From positions 1 to 49,022 of the forward strand of contig JANNVX010000105.1 in assembly GCA_031414595.1 (NCBI GenBank): 49,022 nt of DNA. Reading direction: 5' to 3'. Below the pieces are notes generated by a model. The model made no database searches. It saw only the letters and a program-made list of their open reading frames with translations, and was not told the DNA's origin. Source of the stretch: Deinococcales bacterium (GTDB lineage Bacteria > Deinococcota > Deinococci > Deinococcales > JAAFIG01). The translations under genes and the position numbers were made by a program. Positions 1-9,123 of this stretch are shown piece by piece (position 1 is the stretch's first letter; each line of letters begins with the position of its first letter).

Positions 1-101
1 ATGCCACTAAACGAAAAGTCGCAGATGACTTCAAGGATTCGATGCGTATTGTGTTTGATAAGGTCATGCCGCAATGGAATTATGTGGCTAAACCGACTTG
101 A
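1..101 (+). mobile_element. 3' end of ISAzo13-family transposase (partial, runs off window)
   Basis: Frame 3 reads ATKRKVADDFKDSMRIVFDKVMPQWNYVAKPT*, matching the K-V...I-x-F-D...P-x-WNY C-terminus typical of ISAzo13/Rhodopirellula-type transposases. Confidence 0.7.
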
Positions 102-107
102 GGTGTA

Positions 108-140
108 AATCGGGAAGTTATTTACGGACAAATCCTTAGT
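108..140. repeat. Probable right terminal inverted repeat of the IS
   Basis: GGGAAGTTATTTACGGACAAATCCTTA directly after the transposase stop resembles ISAzo13 ends; the left IR lies outside the window. Confidence 0.4.
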
Positions 141-432
141 AGCCATTTCCTAAGCTCAAGCTAAAGCGCTTAGCTCGAGCTAAACGAATTTATGGGACGG
201 GGATTACAAAACTATAAACAAAGGCGGTCTCGAGACTGAGTAAACCACTGCTTTTGGTTGCTCCTGTTCCAACTGTAAATTCGATGGTGTGAATTGTCAA
301 GATGTCGTGAAGTTCGGCACTTGAGCTTGAGTCCAGATTTAATGGAAACCGAAGCCAAAGCCGCCCTGAAACAACTGGTGTACTTATTAAGAAACAACCT
401 TGGCGCGAATATCAAAGGGTACGCCCTAATGG

Positions 433-993
433 TTAGTGTCTTGTCTCGAGCCGCTTAAAATCCTCGAAGGTATCCACATCAAAAAGTTTTTCTTCATCCC
501 AGTCCATAAAAACAGTCTGCTCGAGATGCTGCATGATTAAAGGTTTCGCCCCAGTTTTCCCCAGCACAGGCAGCAGTTGATTCGAGAAGATATGCGGTGG
601 GGCAATTACTTGCCCAAATCTCGAGGCGACAATTTCTGGCTGCTGCTCGAGAAAAACCTCTTTCATCTCGAGCAGCATTTGAGCGCTAATTAACGGCATA
701 TCCGCCAGCATTAAAAGCGTGTTATCTGGTTTGATCACATTGACGGCGGTTTGGAAACTTGTCTCCATTCTCCCATTGTTAAATTCATGGTTGATGACAA
801 ATTGCACGGGCAGCCCCTCGAGTGAGGTTTTAAGTAAATCTGCGTCTCGTCCAAGAACCACCAAGACGTTTGGACTGACCTCGAGCGCAGTTTTAACCGC
901 TCGTTGGAGCAAAGTTTGCCCAGCAATCGGCATCAGCAATTTATGCTGCCCCATTCGGCTCGAAGCCCCAGCCGCTAGAATCACGATATTCAT
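433..993 (-). CDS. MobA/MocA-like nucleotidyltransferase (molybdenum cofactor cytidylyltransferase family)
   Basis: ILAAGASSRMGQHKLL N-terminal motif, LADMP, terminal DVDTFED. Confidence 0.85.
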   Translation of the reverse strand: MNIVILAAGASSRMGQHKLLMPIAGQTLLQRAVKTALEVSPNVLVVLGRDADLLKTSLEGLPVQFVINHEFNNGRMETSFQTAVNVIKPDNTLLMLADMPLISAQMLLEMKEVFLEQQPEIVASRFGQVIAPPHIFSNQLLPVLGKTGAKPLIMQHLEQTVFMDWDEEKLFDVDTFEDFKRLETRH

Positions 994-2030
994 GAATGAA
1001 TTGGGTTGAGCATTGAAATAATATCGCGTTTGACTCGAGCTGCAAGTAATTTCTGCTCAGCTTCGATGGTGTCATCCCACATTGCTTTGGCACTACGGTA
1101 TGTCCATCCAAAATCTCGTTTGGCTTTTTCGCTCGAGTCAAAATAACTGATTCGCCCAGCTTCGATTGTTTCTCTCGAAAAGACTGCTGGCAATCCAACG
1201 GCTCGTTGTACAGGTTCGAGCGGATAAAAAACTGCTTTTAAAAAATTGACTGGCAGCCAAGCCCGTTTTTTGCTGCCACCATCGTGGTTGTACCAAAACT
1301 TAAACATCTCAGCTCGAGTATGTGGTTGCCCCCCAATAAAATAGGTCTCGAAGGGCTTAGCATGTTTGGCGGCTTGCATCACACCCTCAGACAGATCATC
1401 CACATGAACCAGTGACCACATCACTTCTGGAGTCCAAGCAATTGGTGGGAGTAAATTGCATAAGTACATTCGTAGGATATAACCAAGATTTGAGTGGTCA
1501 TTTTCACCAACTGTACCATTGGGACAGAGTATGATTAAGGGTAAACCACGTTTTTGCAAATCCAAAGCAATCCGATGCGCTGCCTTTTTGGTGCGTTCAT
1601 AATGCGTCTTAAACGACTCGGTCTGAGGGAACAATTCATCGCGTGCTTTGGTAGCTGAACTTGCCCCATATGCCCAAGTGGTGGAAATATACAAGGCTTT
1701 AGGTATACCAAGTTCTAAGGCTAAATCCAAAGTATTTTCTGTACCACGGATATTAACGGCATTCATCCGTTCAACCCCAGCCGCATCCAAACCAAGTTCG
1801 TAGACCCCAGCGTTATGAATCACGACATCTGCGCCCTGCATTGCTAAACGCATGGATTCTTTGTTGGTCACATCGCCCTGTACCAACACTGCACCCATTG
1901 TCTCAATTTTTTTGGCTTCCAAACTATTTGGACGGCGCACCAAAGCCGTGACTTGCGCCCCATGCGCCAATAAAACGGGGACAAGTCGTAACCCAATAAA
2001 ACCAGTACCGCCAGTCAAAAAAACCTTCAT
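990..2030 (-). CDS. NAD-dependent epimerase/dehydratase (extended SDR)
   Basis: TGGTGFIG Rossmann motif, HNAG, YERTK (YxxxK). Confidence 0.85.
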   Translation of the reverse strand: MKVFLTGGTGFIGLRLVPVLLAHGAQVTALVRRPNSLEAKKIETMGAVLVQGDVTNKESMRLAMQGADVVIHNAGVYELGLDAAGVERMNAVNIRGTENTLDLALELGIPKALYISTTWAYGASSATKARDELFPQTESFKTHYERTKKAAHRIALDLQKRGLPLIILCPNGTVGENDHSNLGYILRMYLCNLLPPIAWTPEVMWSLVHVDDLSEGVMQAAKHAKPFETYFIGGQPHTRAEMFKFWYNHDGGSKKRAWLPVNFLKAVFYPLEPVQRAVGLPAVFSRETIEAGRISYFDSSEKAKRDFGWTYRSAKAMWDDTIEAEQKLLAARVKRDIISMLNPIHS

Positions 2031-2107
2031 GCCCTAAAATCATACATGGCTTGAGGCAATTTACCCAACGGACAAAAACACACCAGCCCTCGAGTTAGAC
2101 TTAAAAC

Positions 2108-3097
2108 ATGTACGACCTAGCCATCATCGGCGCTGGACCTGTGGGACTTGCCGCCGCCATTGAAGCCAAAAATTTAGGCATGAGTTATATTATTCTCGAG
2201 AAAGGTTGTGTGGTCAACGCAATTTTTGAATACCCGACCTACATGACTTTTTTTACCACTGCCGAACGCCTCGAGATTGGCGAACACCCTTTTGTGACCA
2301 GTACCGACAAAGCCACCCGCAAAGAGGCATTAGCCTATTACCGCTTGGTCAGCGCTCGAGAAAATTTGAACTTGCGTCAATACAGCGAAGTTCTCCAAAT
2401 TCATCCAGCCCCAGCCGGATTTACTTTAGAAGTCGAAACCAAAACCAGCGATATAAGCGCCATCGAATGCCGATACTGCATTGTGGCTACGGGTTACTTT
2501 GATAACCCAAACCGCTTAGAAATTCCTGGCGACGACCTTGAGAATGTGGCGTATGGTTACACCGAAGCCCATCCTTTTTGGGGCTTAAATGTGACGATTA
2601 TTGGCGGAGGCAACAGTGCCGCCGATGCTGCCCTAGACCTATACCGCCACGGCGCAAACGTGACGTTGGTTCACCGAGGCGCAGACATTAAAAACACGAT
2701 CAAATACTGGATGAAACCCGACTTAGAAAACCGCATCAAAGAAGGCAGCATCAAAGCCATGTTCTCAAGTACCGCCAAACAAATCACCCCCGAAGCGGTG
2801 ATTCTCGAGACCCCAAGTGGAGAAGTAACCCTGCCTACTGATTTTACTTTTGTGTTGGTTGGCTACACACCCAACACCGAACTCTTTGAAGGGGCTGGAA
2901 TCACCCCAGACGCAGACTCGAGAATTAGGGTCAAACCGACTTTTGAAACTGAAGTGGGCGGTTTATACGCCATCGGCAGTTGCTACGCAGGGCGTTTCAC
3001 AGGACAAGTTTTTATTGAAAATGGCAAAATAGATGCTTTGGCGGCAATTGCGGACATCAAGCAAAAACTCGAGGATAGGCAAAAGGCGAAAGGTTGA
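2108..3097 (+). CDS. ypdA: YpdA-family bacillithiol disulfide reductase
   Basis: [44 protein letters not shown] 6 nt upstream of ATG. Confidence 0.85.
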   Translation: MYDLAIIGAGPVGLAAAIEAKNLGMSYIILEKGCVVNAIFEYPTYMTFFTTAERLEIGEHPFVTSTDKATRKEALAYYRLVSARENLNLRQYSEVLQIHPAPAGFTLEVETKTSDISAIECRYCIVATGYFDNPNRLEIPGDDLENVAYGYTEAHPFWGLNVTIIGGGNSAADAALDLYRHGANVTLVHRGADIKNTIKYWMKPDLENRIKEGSIKAMFSSTAKQITPEAVILETPSGEVTLPTDFTFVLVGYTPNTELFEGAGITPDADSRIRVKPTFETEVGGLYAIGSCYAGRFTGQVFIENGKIDALAAIADIKQKLEDRQKAKG

Positions 3098-3103
3098 GTT
3101 TTC

Positions 3104-3147
3104 CCTTCGCCTTTCGCCTTTCGCCCTTTGCCTTTTAACCTTTGCCT
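3104..3147. repeat. Heptamer tandem repeat (TTCGCCT-like)
   Basis: cttcgcc tttcgcc tttcgcc ctttgcc ttttaacc tttgcc between the convergent ypdA and rpoZ stops; can pair with aggcaaaaggcgaaagg at 3077-3093. Confidence 0.7.
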
Positions 3148-3465
3148 CTAATCGTTGTCAAATTCTGGCATTTGGTAACTGCCCGCTTGTTGGCGTTGCA
3201 GTTCCTCGGCTTGACGTTGTTTTTCTTGGGCAAGGTGCTTATCAAGACGGGCTTGGTCAATTAAATTAATACCCATCTCGAGTTTACCCGTTGCCATTTC
3301 ACGCATTGCCACGGTAATTAAATTACGGGTATTGGTGCGTTGGTCGGGTGGAATAATCGGTGGGACACCACTTTTAAGCTGCATGGCGCGTTTGGCAATG
3401 GCAACACTGAGTTTGTACTTACTATCGGTTTGCGATAAGAGTTTATCAATATTTTTTTCACTCAT
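3148..3465 (-). CDS. rpoZ: RNA polymerase omega subunit
   Basis: NIDKLLSQTDSKYKLSVAIAKRAMQL ... AMREMATGKL, Deinococcus/Thermus-type omega. Confidence 0.92.
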   Translation of the reverse strand: MSEKNIDKLLSQTDSKYKLSVAIAKRAMQLKSGVPPIIPPDQRTNTRNLITVAMREMATGKLEMGINLIDQARLDKHLAQEKQRQAEELQRQQAGSYQMPEFDND

Positions 3466-3536
3466 AAAACATCCTTAGACCAAGACTAAAGACTTGGCAA
3501 CCTTAAAAGTGTACTCGAGTCTTGGACTTTTGCCTA

Positions 3537-3584
3537 GAGGCAGGAAAAGGCGAAGAGCAAAAGGCGAAGGGCAAAAGGCGAAAA
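3537..3584. repeat. Heptamer tandem repeat (AAGGCGA-like), inverted relative to 3104-3147
   Basis: aaggcga agagcaa aaggcga agggcaa aaggcga. Confidence 0.7.
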
Positions 3585-3585
3585 G

Positions 3586-3728
3586 ACGTACACTCCTACG
3601 GACTTCCCCAGCCGCGCTTCGCTCGGCAGCCCCTTCTAAGAAGGGGCTTAAAACCAAGAACTTGCCCTTAAACCCCCTCAACGAGGGGATCGCCGCTTGC
3701 GGCGGGGGGAGTCCGTGAGAGTTTACGT
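3586..3728. repeat. Nested palindromic MITE/REPIN-like element
   Basis: Outer arms acgtacactcctacggacttcccc / gggggagtccgtgagagtttacgt; internal hairpins gccg..cggc, ccccttct-a-agaagggg, cccctc-aac-gagggg, cgccgc-tt-gcggcg. Confidence 0.65.
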
Positions 3729-3742
3729 TTTTTGATACTGAG

Positions 3743-4822
3743 CTAAATCCTCGCGCCTTCAAAGGCATCCCAATCCAACCTAATGTCCATGACTTCTTCT
3801 AATTCCATCATTCCATTCTCGAGGCTCGGCATGGTGTTAGTAATATCGGTCTCGAGTTTCAGAAAAAACGCCAGTTCATTTGGGTGACTTACTTCTGGGC
3901 GACTGGCGAGCATAGCGGCGTGACGAATGCCCGTGCTGGTGCTGGCTTGTGAACCAATCATGATGCGTTTGCCTGCACTGCTTGCCATAAGAATCATCTC
4001 GAGGCTGTCAGTAAAACCATTTCGAGCAGTTTTGATGTTCAGAATATCGAAGGTATCAAAGTCAAGTTCACGCTCCAAATCGGCAGGGGTAAAGCACGAA
4101 TCATCGGCAATAATCGGCAAAATAGCAAGGCGTTTGAGTTCGGCTCGAGCTTTGATTTTTCGCACAGGGAGCGGTTCTTCAACCCAGAGTATTCCAGCTT
4201 GACGCATTTTCTCGAGTGATTTGGCGGCATTATCTGGCTCGAGGGTTTCGTTGCTATCAGCGTAGAGTTTGACGGTGTTGCCAAATTCGGTGTTTAAGGC
4301 GTTCGTTATTGCTAGGTCAGCTTCGGTATTGCGTCCCACCTTTATTTTTAGGACTCGTACCCCTGCTTGTACCACTTCCCTTGCTTCTTCTAACATGATT
4401 TGGGGCTTGGCGATGCCTAAAATAAAACTGGTCTCGAGGTGCGGCTTAACCCCACCAAGTAGTTCAATCAGTGGTTGATTCAAACGTGCGGCTCGGGCTT
4501 CCCAGAGTGCCATGTCCAGCGCCCCCTTGGCACAATTATTATTGGGTAAACCCGAAAAGACTTCTTTTATTCCGTCTGTATCGGTAATATCCAGTTCGCA
4601 CAACCTAGGCTCGAGCAAGGCAACAGCCGCTTTAATACTGCCAAGTGTTTCACCGTAAATCGTTGGGCGCGGCGGGGCTTCGGCTGTGCCAGTTAAACCA
4701 TTTTCTAAAGTAACCCGAATTAAACAATGTTCGGCTCGAGCCAATTGCCCGTATTTCCCCCATGCCAAAGCACTTTTTAAGGGCAAAGAGAACGTCATCA
4801 CCTCGAGTTTTAGGATTTTCAT
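3743..4822 (-). CDS. Enolase-superfamily protein (muconate lactonizing/dipeptide epimerase-like)
   Basis: KIKVG, ADSNE, EEP, IIADDS, NIK motifs. Confidence 0.85.
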   Translation of the reverse strand: MKILKLEVMTFSLPLKSALAWGKYGQLARAEHCLIRVTLENGLTGTAEAPPRPTIYGETLGSIKAAVALLEPRLCELDITDTDGIKEVFSGLPNNNCAKGALDMALWEARAARLNQPLIELLGGVKPHLETSFILGIAKPQIMLEEAREVVQAGVRVLKIKVGRNTEADLAITNALNTEFGNTVKLYADSNETLEPDNAAKSLEKMRQAGILWVEEPLPVRKIKARAELKRLAILPIIADDSCFTPADLERELDFDTFDILNIKTARNGFTDSLEMILMASSAGKRIMIGSQASTSTGIRHAAMLASRPEVSHPNELAFFLKLETDITNTMPSLENGMMELEEVMDIRLDWDAFEGARI

Positions 4823-5541
4823 GCCTGCATCCAGTCACGAATTTTTAAGGCAATACTTTCTGGGGTGTCCAGAGTTGTGTCAAGGTACAAGACCCGTTTT
4901 GGCTCGAGGGCGTTCAAATAGGCATTGGCGGTTTTTGGATTGTAATTCTGGCGTTCTGTGACCACAATTCGCACTTTGGCTTCGAGGTCAGACGGGTCGG
5001 CTGGAATTGCCTCGAGTTCTAAGAGTTCTTGGGGGGTAAAAATATCTGTGATGTTTTGAATCTCTCGCAAGTTGGTTTTTCGTTGGCTGATTTGGTCAAA
5101 AGCATCATTGCGCCCAAGTAAACGTTTGACTCGGGTTAAATCTGGGGCATCAAGGGCAATAAATCTGGCTTTTGGAAAAGTAAGAGCTGCGTGCTGCACT
5201 TCGTTTAAGCCGCGTAGTCCATCAAATAAAATTAGGGGTGTGGCTTGCACATAAATGTTTTCTAGGGCTTCTGCCATACCGCCGGGGTGGGTCTGGCGGT
5301 ACTGGGCAGTTCGCGCAAATCGGGCTTCTCGGTCGGTGATGATTTCACCGCCAAAAATTGCCGCATCTGTAATAATTCTGCGGTCTGGCAGCAGACTAAA
5401 ATTCACACCAAGGGCTTGCAAGGCTTCTAGCGTGGTGCTTTTACCAACCCCAGTCACACCAACCAGAATGTAAAACTCGAGATTTTGCAAACTCGAGTAA
5501 TCTGTTTTTAGACCAAGGTGAACGCCATCACTAAGCTGCAT
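4819..5541 (-). CDS. P-loop nucleotide kinase-like protein
   Basis: GVTGVGKST Walker A, FDGLRG; ATG at 5541 chosen because it overlaps the upstream gene end. Confidence 0.7.
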   Translation of the reverse strand: MQLSDGVHLGLKTDYSSLQNLEFYILVGVTGVGKSTTLEALQALGVNFSLLPDRRIITDAAIFGGEIITDREARFARTAQYRQTHPGGMAEALENIYVQATPLILFDGLRGLNEVQHAALTFPKARFIALDAPDLTRVKRLLGRNDAFDQISQRKTNLREIQNITDIFTPQELLELEAIPADPSDLEAKVRIVVTERQNYNPKTANAYLNALEPKRVLYLDTTLDTPESIALKIRDWMQA

Positions 5542-5866
5542 CGCTTTTGACCGTTGGGGCAGTGGTAACAGGGGCGCTTGGGGCTTCGGCAGCTTTAGGT
5601 TCGGTTTTAGGTTCACTGCTCGAGTTTTCGGTTTTTGCAGTCTCGGGTTTCGGCGTTTCGGTTTTTGGCGTTTCGCTTTTGCTTGGGGCGCTTTTAGAAT
5701 CATTGGCATAAAACCCAGACCCCTTAAAGGAAATCGCAGGTTTACCAATCAAGCGCTTAACCGCTTCGCCTGTTTCTGGGTGATGTGTCAGGGCGGCTTC
5801 GCTGATGCGTTGCTCGAGGCTGAATGTTGCGCCGCTTTCTAAACCTTGGTACATATAAACTGGCAT
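5531..5866 (-). CDS. FmdB-family regulatory protein (Cys-less zinc-ribbon variant) with low-complexity tail
   Basis: MPVYMY...HHPETG..VKRLI..PAISFKGSGFYANDS. Confidence 0.8.
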   Translation of the reverse strand: MPVYMYQGLESGATFSLEQRISEAALTHHPETGEAVKRLIGKPAISFKGSGFYANDSKSAPSKSETPKTETPKPETAKTENSSSEPKTEPKAAEAPSAPVTTAPTVKSDAA

Positions 5867-5921
5867 ACACCCTAGTTTTAGCATTGTGTTGTATGGCTTG
5901 CCAAGTGCTAAACTACTGAAC

Positions 5922-6164
5922 ATGCCGCTTGTGGTTGCGTTTATGGTGATGGGCTTAGCGTTTTTACTTTTGATTCGCTATGAGCAAAAAAAGAAATTGC
6001 AAAGCAAGGACTTAGAATCCAATCTCCAAGCCATGGATGACGGCGCAACTTACGGCGGTCTGGTTGGTCTGGCACACATGAACCAATTAGGTATAGAACC
6101 AGACCTTATTGTGCAACGTGAGGACACAGAATTCAAAAAATTTAAGTTTGATGAACGCACTTGA
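5922..6164 (+). CDS. Small hypothetical membrane protein
   Basis: N-terminal hydrophobic helix; TAAACT 7 nt upstream of ATG; overlaps start of the next gene. Confidence 0.55.
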   Translation: MPLVVAFMVMGLAFLLLIRYEQKKKLQSKDLESNLQAMDDGATYGGLVGLAHMNQLGIEPDLIVQREDTEFKKFKFDERT

Positions 6165-6828
6165 CGCATCAAAGGAGTTGGACTTGACGCATCAGCATCG
6201 GCTTGAACACACCTATCCAGCCGCTCTAGCGGTTTTGGTGGTGATTGCCCTTCAACTGTCTTTGCAAGAAAAGCTGACCCTTGGACCAAACTGGCTAATG
6301 CCCGCGCTCGAGGCGATTTTGATGTTTTTATTGCTTTTGTCCATACCTAGACACAACACCCTCGAGTTTCGTTATCGGCGTATGGTGGTGATTGGTTTAA
6401 TTGCTTTGATGAATTTTGCCAATCTTTATTCGTTATCGGTTTTGCTGGCTTGGTTGTTACAAGGTGGCTTTGCCAATGGCGCGGAATTACTCTTTGATGC
6501 CCTAAAACTCTGGTTGACCAATATAATCTTATTTACCCTTTGGTACTGGGAACTTGATGCGGGTGGACCTGTGGCGCGGATGCACAAGAAACACGAGTAT
6601 CCCGATTTTTTATTCACCCAAATGACCTCGCCTCAATTTGCTCAAAGCACTTGGCGACCAAGTTTTGTGGATTACTTGTTTTTATCGTTTACCAATGCCA
6701 GTGCCTTTAGTCCAACCGATACGCTGCCGCTCAGCCCTCGAGCAAAAATGCTGATGCTGATTCAAGCCCTGATTAGTCTAGTAACTGTGGCTTTGGTGGC
6801 GGCTCGAGCCGTGAACATTTTGCCTTAA
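6151..6828 (+). CDS. DUF1345-like membrane protein
   Basis: YWELDAGGP, PDFLF.QM, W.PSFVDYLFLSFTNASAFSPTDT. Confidence 0.75.
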   Translation: MNALDASKELDLTHQHRLEHTYPAALAVLVVIALQLSLQEKLTLGPNWLMPALEAILMFLLLLSIPRHNTLEFRYRRMVVIGLIALMNFANLYSLSVLLAWLLQGGFANGAELLFDALKLWLTNIILFTLWYWELDAGGPVARMHKKHEYPDFLFTQMTSPQFAQSTWRPSFVDYLFLSFTNASAFSPTDTLPLSPRAKMLMLIQALISLVTVALVAARAVNILP

Positions 6829-6922
6829 AATTTTACTCGGAGTTCATTAAATTGATGAATCAACAGATGGTGAAATGAAAACACTCGGCAGGAAAAACAG
6901 TTTGGGGAAAAAGGCGCGGCAC

Positions 6923-7291
6923 TCAGGGCGATAACGGGGCGTGATAACGAATTTCGGCTTCCAGTTTGCTTAAGCCCAAAAAGGCTGCTCGAGTCAGGTG
7001 CTTGTGGCTGCGCCAAGGGCGGTATTCACGTTTGCCCTCCATCAGTCCGTAGCCACGCATTCCAAGCTCTAGCCAACGCACAGTCTTGGTCTCGAGCAGG
7101 GCTTGTAGTGTCTCGAGGGCGGTTTGATGGTCGGTGTCGCCATACAGCCGAATGGCTCGAGTGTGGGTTAGATTTTCCGGGTAGGTCTCAAGATTGCAGC
7201 CAAGTGGGTTTTGTACGTCTTGGTTTAGAATTGGCACAGCAAAGACAAGGTAGGCATCGAGTTCTGTACCGTGGGTAAAACGTGGTTTCAT
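6923..7291 (-). CDS. Hypothetical protein
   Basis: 122-aa ORF coupled (ATGA overlap) to the HD-GYP gene. Confidence 0.65.
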   Translation of the reverse strand: MKPRFTHGTELDAYLVFAVPILNQDVQNPLGCNLETYPENLTHTRAIRLYGDTDHQTALETLQALLETKTVRWLELGMRGYGLMEGKREYRPWRSHKHLTRAAFLGLSKLEAEIRYHAPLSP

Positions 7292-9006
7292 ATTTTTTTT
7301 CTCTCTAAGGTATTTAAGCTCAAGTGAGTTTGGATTAAGGCTTTAACGATAACGGGGTCAAATAAGTAATTGCTGTGGGTTTCAATTTCTCCTAAAGCGT
7401 CCTCGAGTGTCCAAGCAGGTTTGTATGGGCGTGGGCTGAGCAGGGCATCAAAGGTGTCGGCAACAGCCACAATTCTACCCATTATCGGGATTTCTTCACC
7501 GCGTAAACCAAGTGGATAGCCTGTGCCATTCCAACGTTCATGATGGGTTAGGGCAATAATTCTTGCCATCTCGAGCAGGGGCGAACCGCTCCCTTCAAGC
7601 ATTTGTGCGCCTAGAGCAGCGTGGGTTTGCATCAAAGTCCATTCTTCACTTTCTAAACCAGAAGGCTTAAATAAAATCGAGTCTGGGATGGCAATTTTAC
7701 CGATGTCATGCAGTCGCGCCGCGTAGCGTAAACGCTCGGTTTCTTCGGGGCTGATTCCCATATGGATGGCAATTGCCGCCGCAATTTCTCCGACACGGCT
7801 GGTGTGCAATGAGGTTTCGTTGTCACGGAATTCGGCAACTCGAGCCAAACGTTCAAACAATTCTAAGCGCGTGGCTTCTAAACTGGCTTCGAGTTCGATG
7901 TTCCGCAGTCGTTCTAACCGAGTTTCTAATTGAGCGCTTTTGACTTGGGTTTCTTCGACTTGAAACAGCACAGTGTTGATTTGTTTGGTCAGTAAACCAA
8001 TTTCGTCGTTTCCCCGAACAGGTAAACGGTGTTTGACATCGCCTGAAATAGCAATTTGTCCGAGTTCTTGATAAACACTGGTTAATCTGGACAACAAACC
8101 AAATTCAAGCAAACCATAAATCAGAGCCGTGACCAAAATACCTATTAAAGTCAGAGACCAACCTAAGCGTTCCAAGTATTCTCTGGCGGTTTGATAGGTG
8201 GTGCGGTCAGTGCGAACCTCGAGCAGTAAAATTCCTGCCTTATTTGGCTTAGAAAGCAAAGTAAAACCATCTATACTCTGATTATTGACTGGCAAAAAGA
8301 CATACGGTTCGTTTTTGAGTAGGCGCTGGATGGCTTTTTGTTCGGTTAGACTAAACTCTTGGCTGGTTTTTTGGACAACTTTAATTTTAACTTGGGTTAA
8401 TTCTGATAATTTTTTCAGGGTTTCGATGTCCAAAGCCCGCACCATTGTTAATTGCCCATTGGAAGGTCTGGGGTTACTCGAGGGAACGATGGCGGCTTGT
8501 GCCACAAAGTAAAGCTGCTCTTGATTGGAAACCAAGCCGCTTTTAATGTTGAATTCTCCCATGTATTGACGTGCCATCTGAGATTCTTGCCACAACCAGT
8601 GTTCTGAATTAATAAATCCGCCCAGTGCTTCAAAAGAAGCTCGGTACTGATCGTCTTCAAGGCGTTGACGGGTTAGTAAAATACGGTCTCGTTTTTCAAT
8701 CACAAAATACTCGAGATTTAAGATTCCCAAATTGGCAGTTAAATTGCGTTCGGCAAAACGTGGGTTTGTTCCCAAGACATATTCGTAAGCCTCATCAAAA
8801 ACCGCCCAGTCAAGGGTGGTCGTCTCGAGTTGCCGTAATTCGCTAATCACGGCATTTTTAGCTCGGGTTAAGTTACGGCTTAAGTCTTTTGCCTCGAGTT
8901 CGAGGGCTGCACCAATGGTGCGTTGCCCAAGTAACACATAAACCGTCAGCATCAAAATAAAAACGCAGATGCTGACGGTTAGGATGGTTTTGAGGCGCAA
9001 GTTCAC
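7288..9006 (-). CDS. CHASE4-HAMP-HD-GYP cyclic dinucleotide phosphodiesterase
   Basis: Two TM helices, DWAVFDEAY (CHASE4), DEIGLL (HAMP), HDIGK, HHERWNGTGYP, RPYK. Confidence 0.9.
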   Translation of the reverse strand: MNLRLKTILTVSICVFILMLTVYVLLGQRTIGAALELEAKDLSRNLTRAKNAVISELRQLETTTLDWAVFDEAYEYVLGTNPRFAERNLTANLGILNLEYFVIEKRDRILLTRQRLEDDQYRASFEALGGFINSEHWLWQESQMARQYMGEFNIKSGLVSNQEQLYFVAQAAIVPSSNPRPSNGQLTMVRALDIETLKKLSELTQVKIKVVQKTSQEFSLTEQKAIQRLLKNEPYVFLPVNNQSIDGFTLLSKPNKAGILLLEVRTDRTTYQTAREYLERLGWSLTLIGILVTALIYGLLEFGLLSRLTSVYQELGQIAISGDVKHRLPVRGNDEIGLLTKQINTVLFQVEETQVKSAQLETRLERLRNIELEASLEATRLELFERLARVAEFRDNETSLHTSRVGEIAAAIAIHMGISPEETERLRYAARLHDIGKIAIPDSILFKPSGLESEEWTLMQTHAALGAQMLEGSGSPLLEMARIIALTHHERWNGTGYPLGLRGEEIPIMGRIVAVADTFDALLSPRPYKPAWTLEDALGEIETHSNYLFDPVIVKALIQTHLSLNTLERKKI

Positions 9007-9042
9007 TGTGTCTTATTGTAGCCTAATTGTTTGTTTTCTGAA

Positions 9043-9123
9043 GTTCAGTCGCCAATCTGCAAATGTTCAGTCCCCAATGTGCCACTTGTTCAGTCGCCAA
9101 TCTGCAACTTGTTCAGTCGCCAA
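9043..9123. repeat. 22-23 bp tandem repeat, about 3.5 copies
   Basis: gttcagtcgccaatctgcaaat / gttcagtccccaatgtgccactt / gttcagtcgccaatctgcaactt / gttcagtcgccaa; last copy contains the RND stop codon. Confidence 0.8.

Noticed and set aside
212-415. 67-aa minus-strand ORF next to the IS end
   Set aside because: No recognisable motif or translation signal
3475-3768. ORFs 3475..3768 (-) and 3494..3718 (+)
   Set aside because: Translations of heptamer and palindromic repeats with no protein features
5542-5748. N-terminal extension of the kinase ORF to 5748
   Set aside because: Overlaps the FmdB low-complexity tail in another frame; ATG 5541 is more plausible
9043-9123. Possible CRISPR array
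   Set aside because: Units are contiguous with no unique spacers and there are no cas genes; the same applies to 35143-35199
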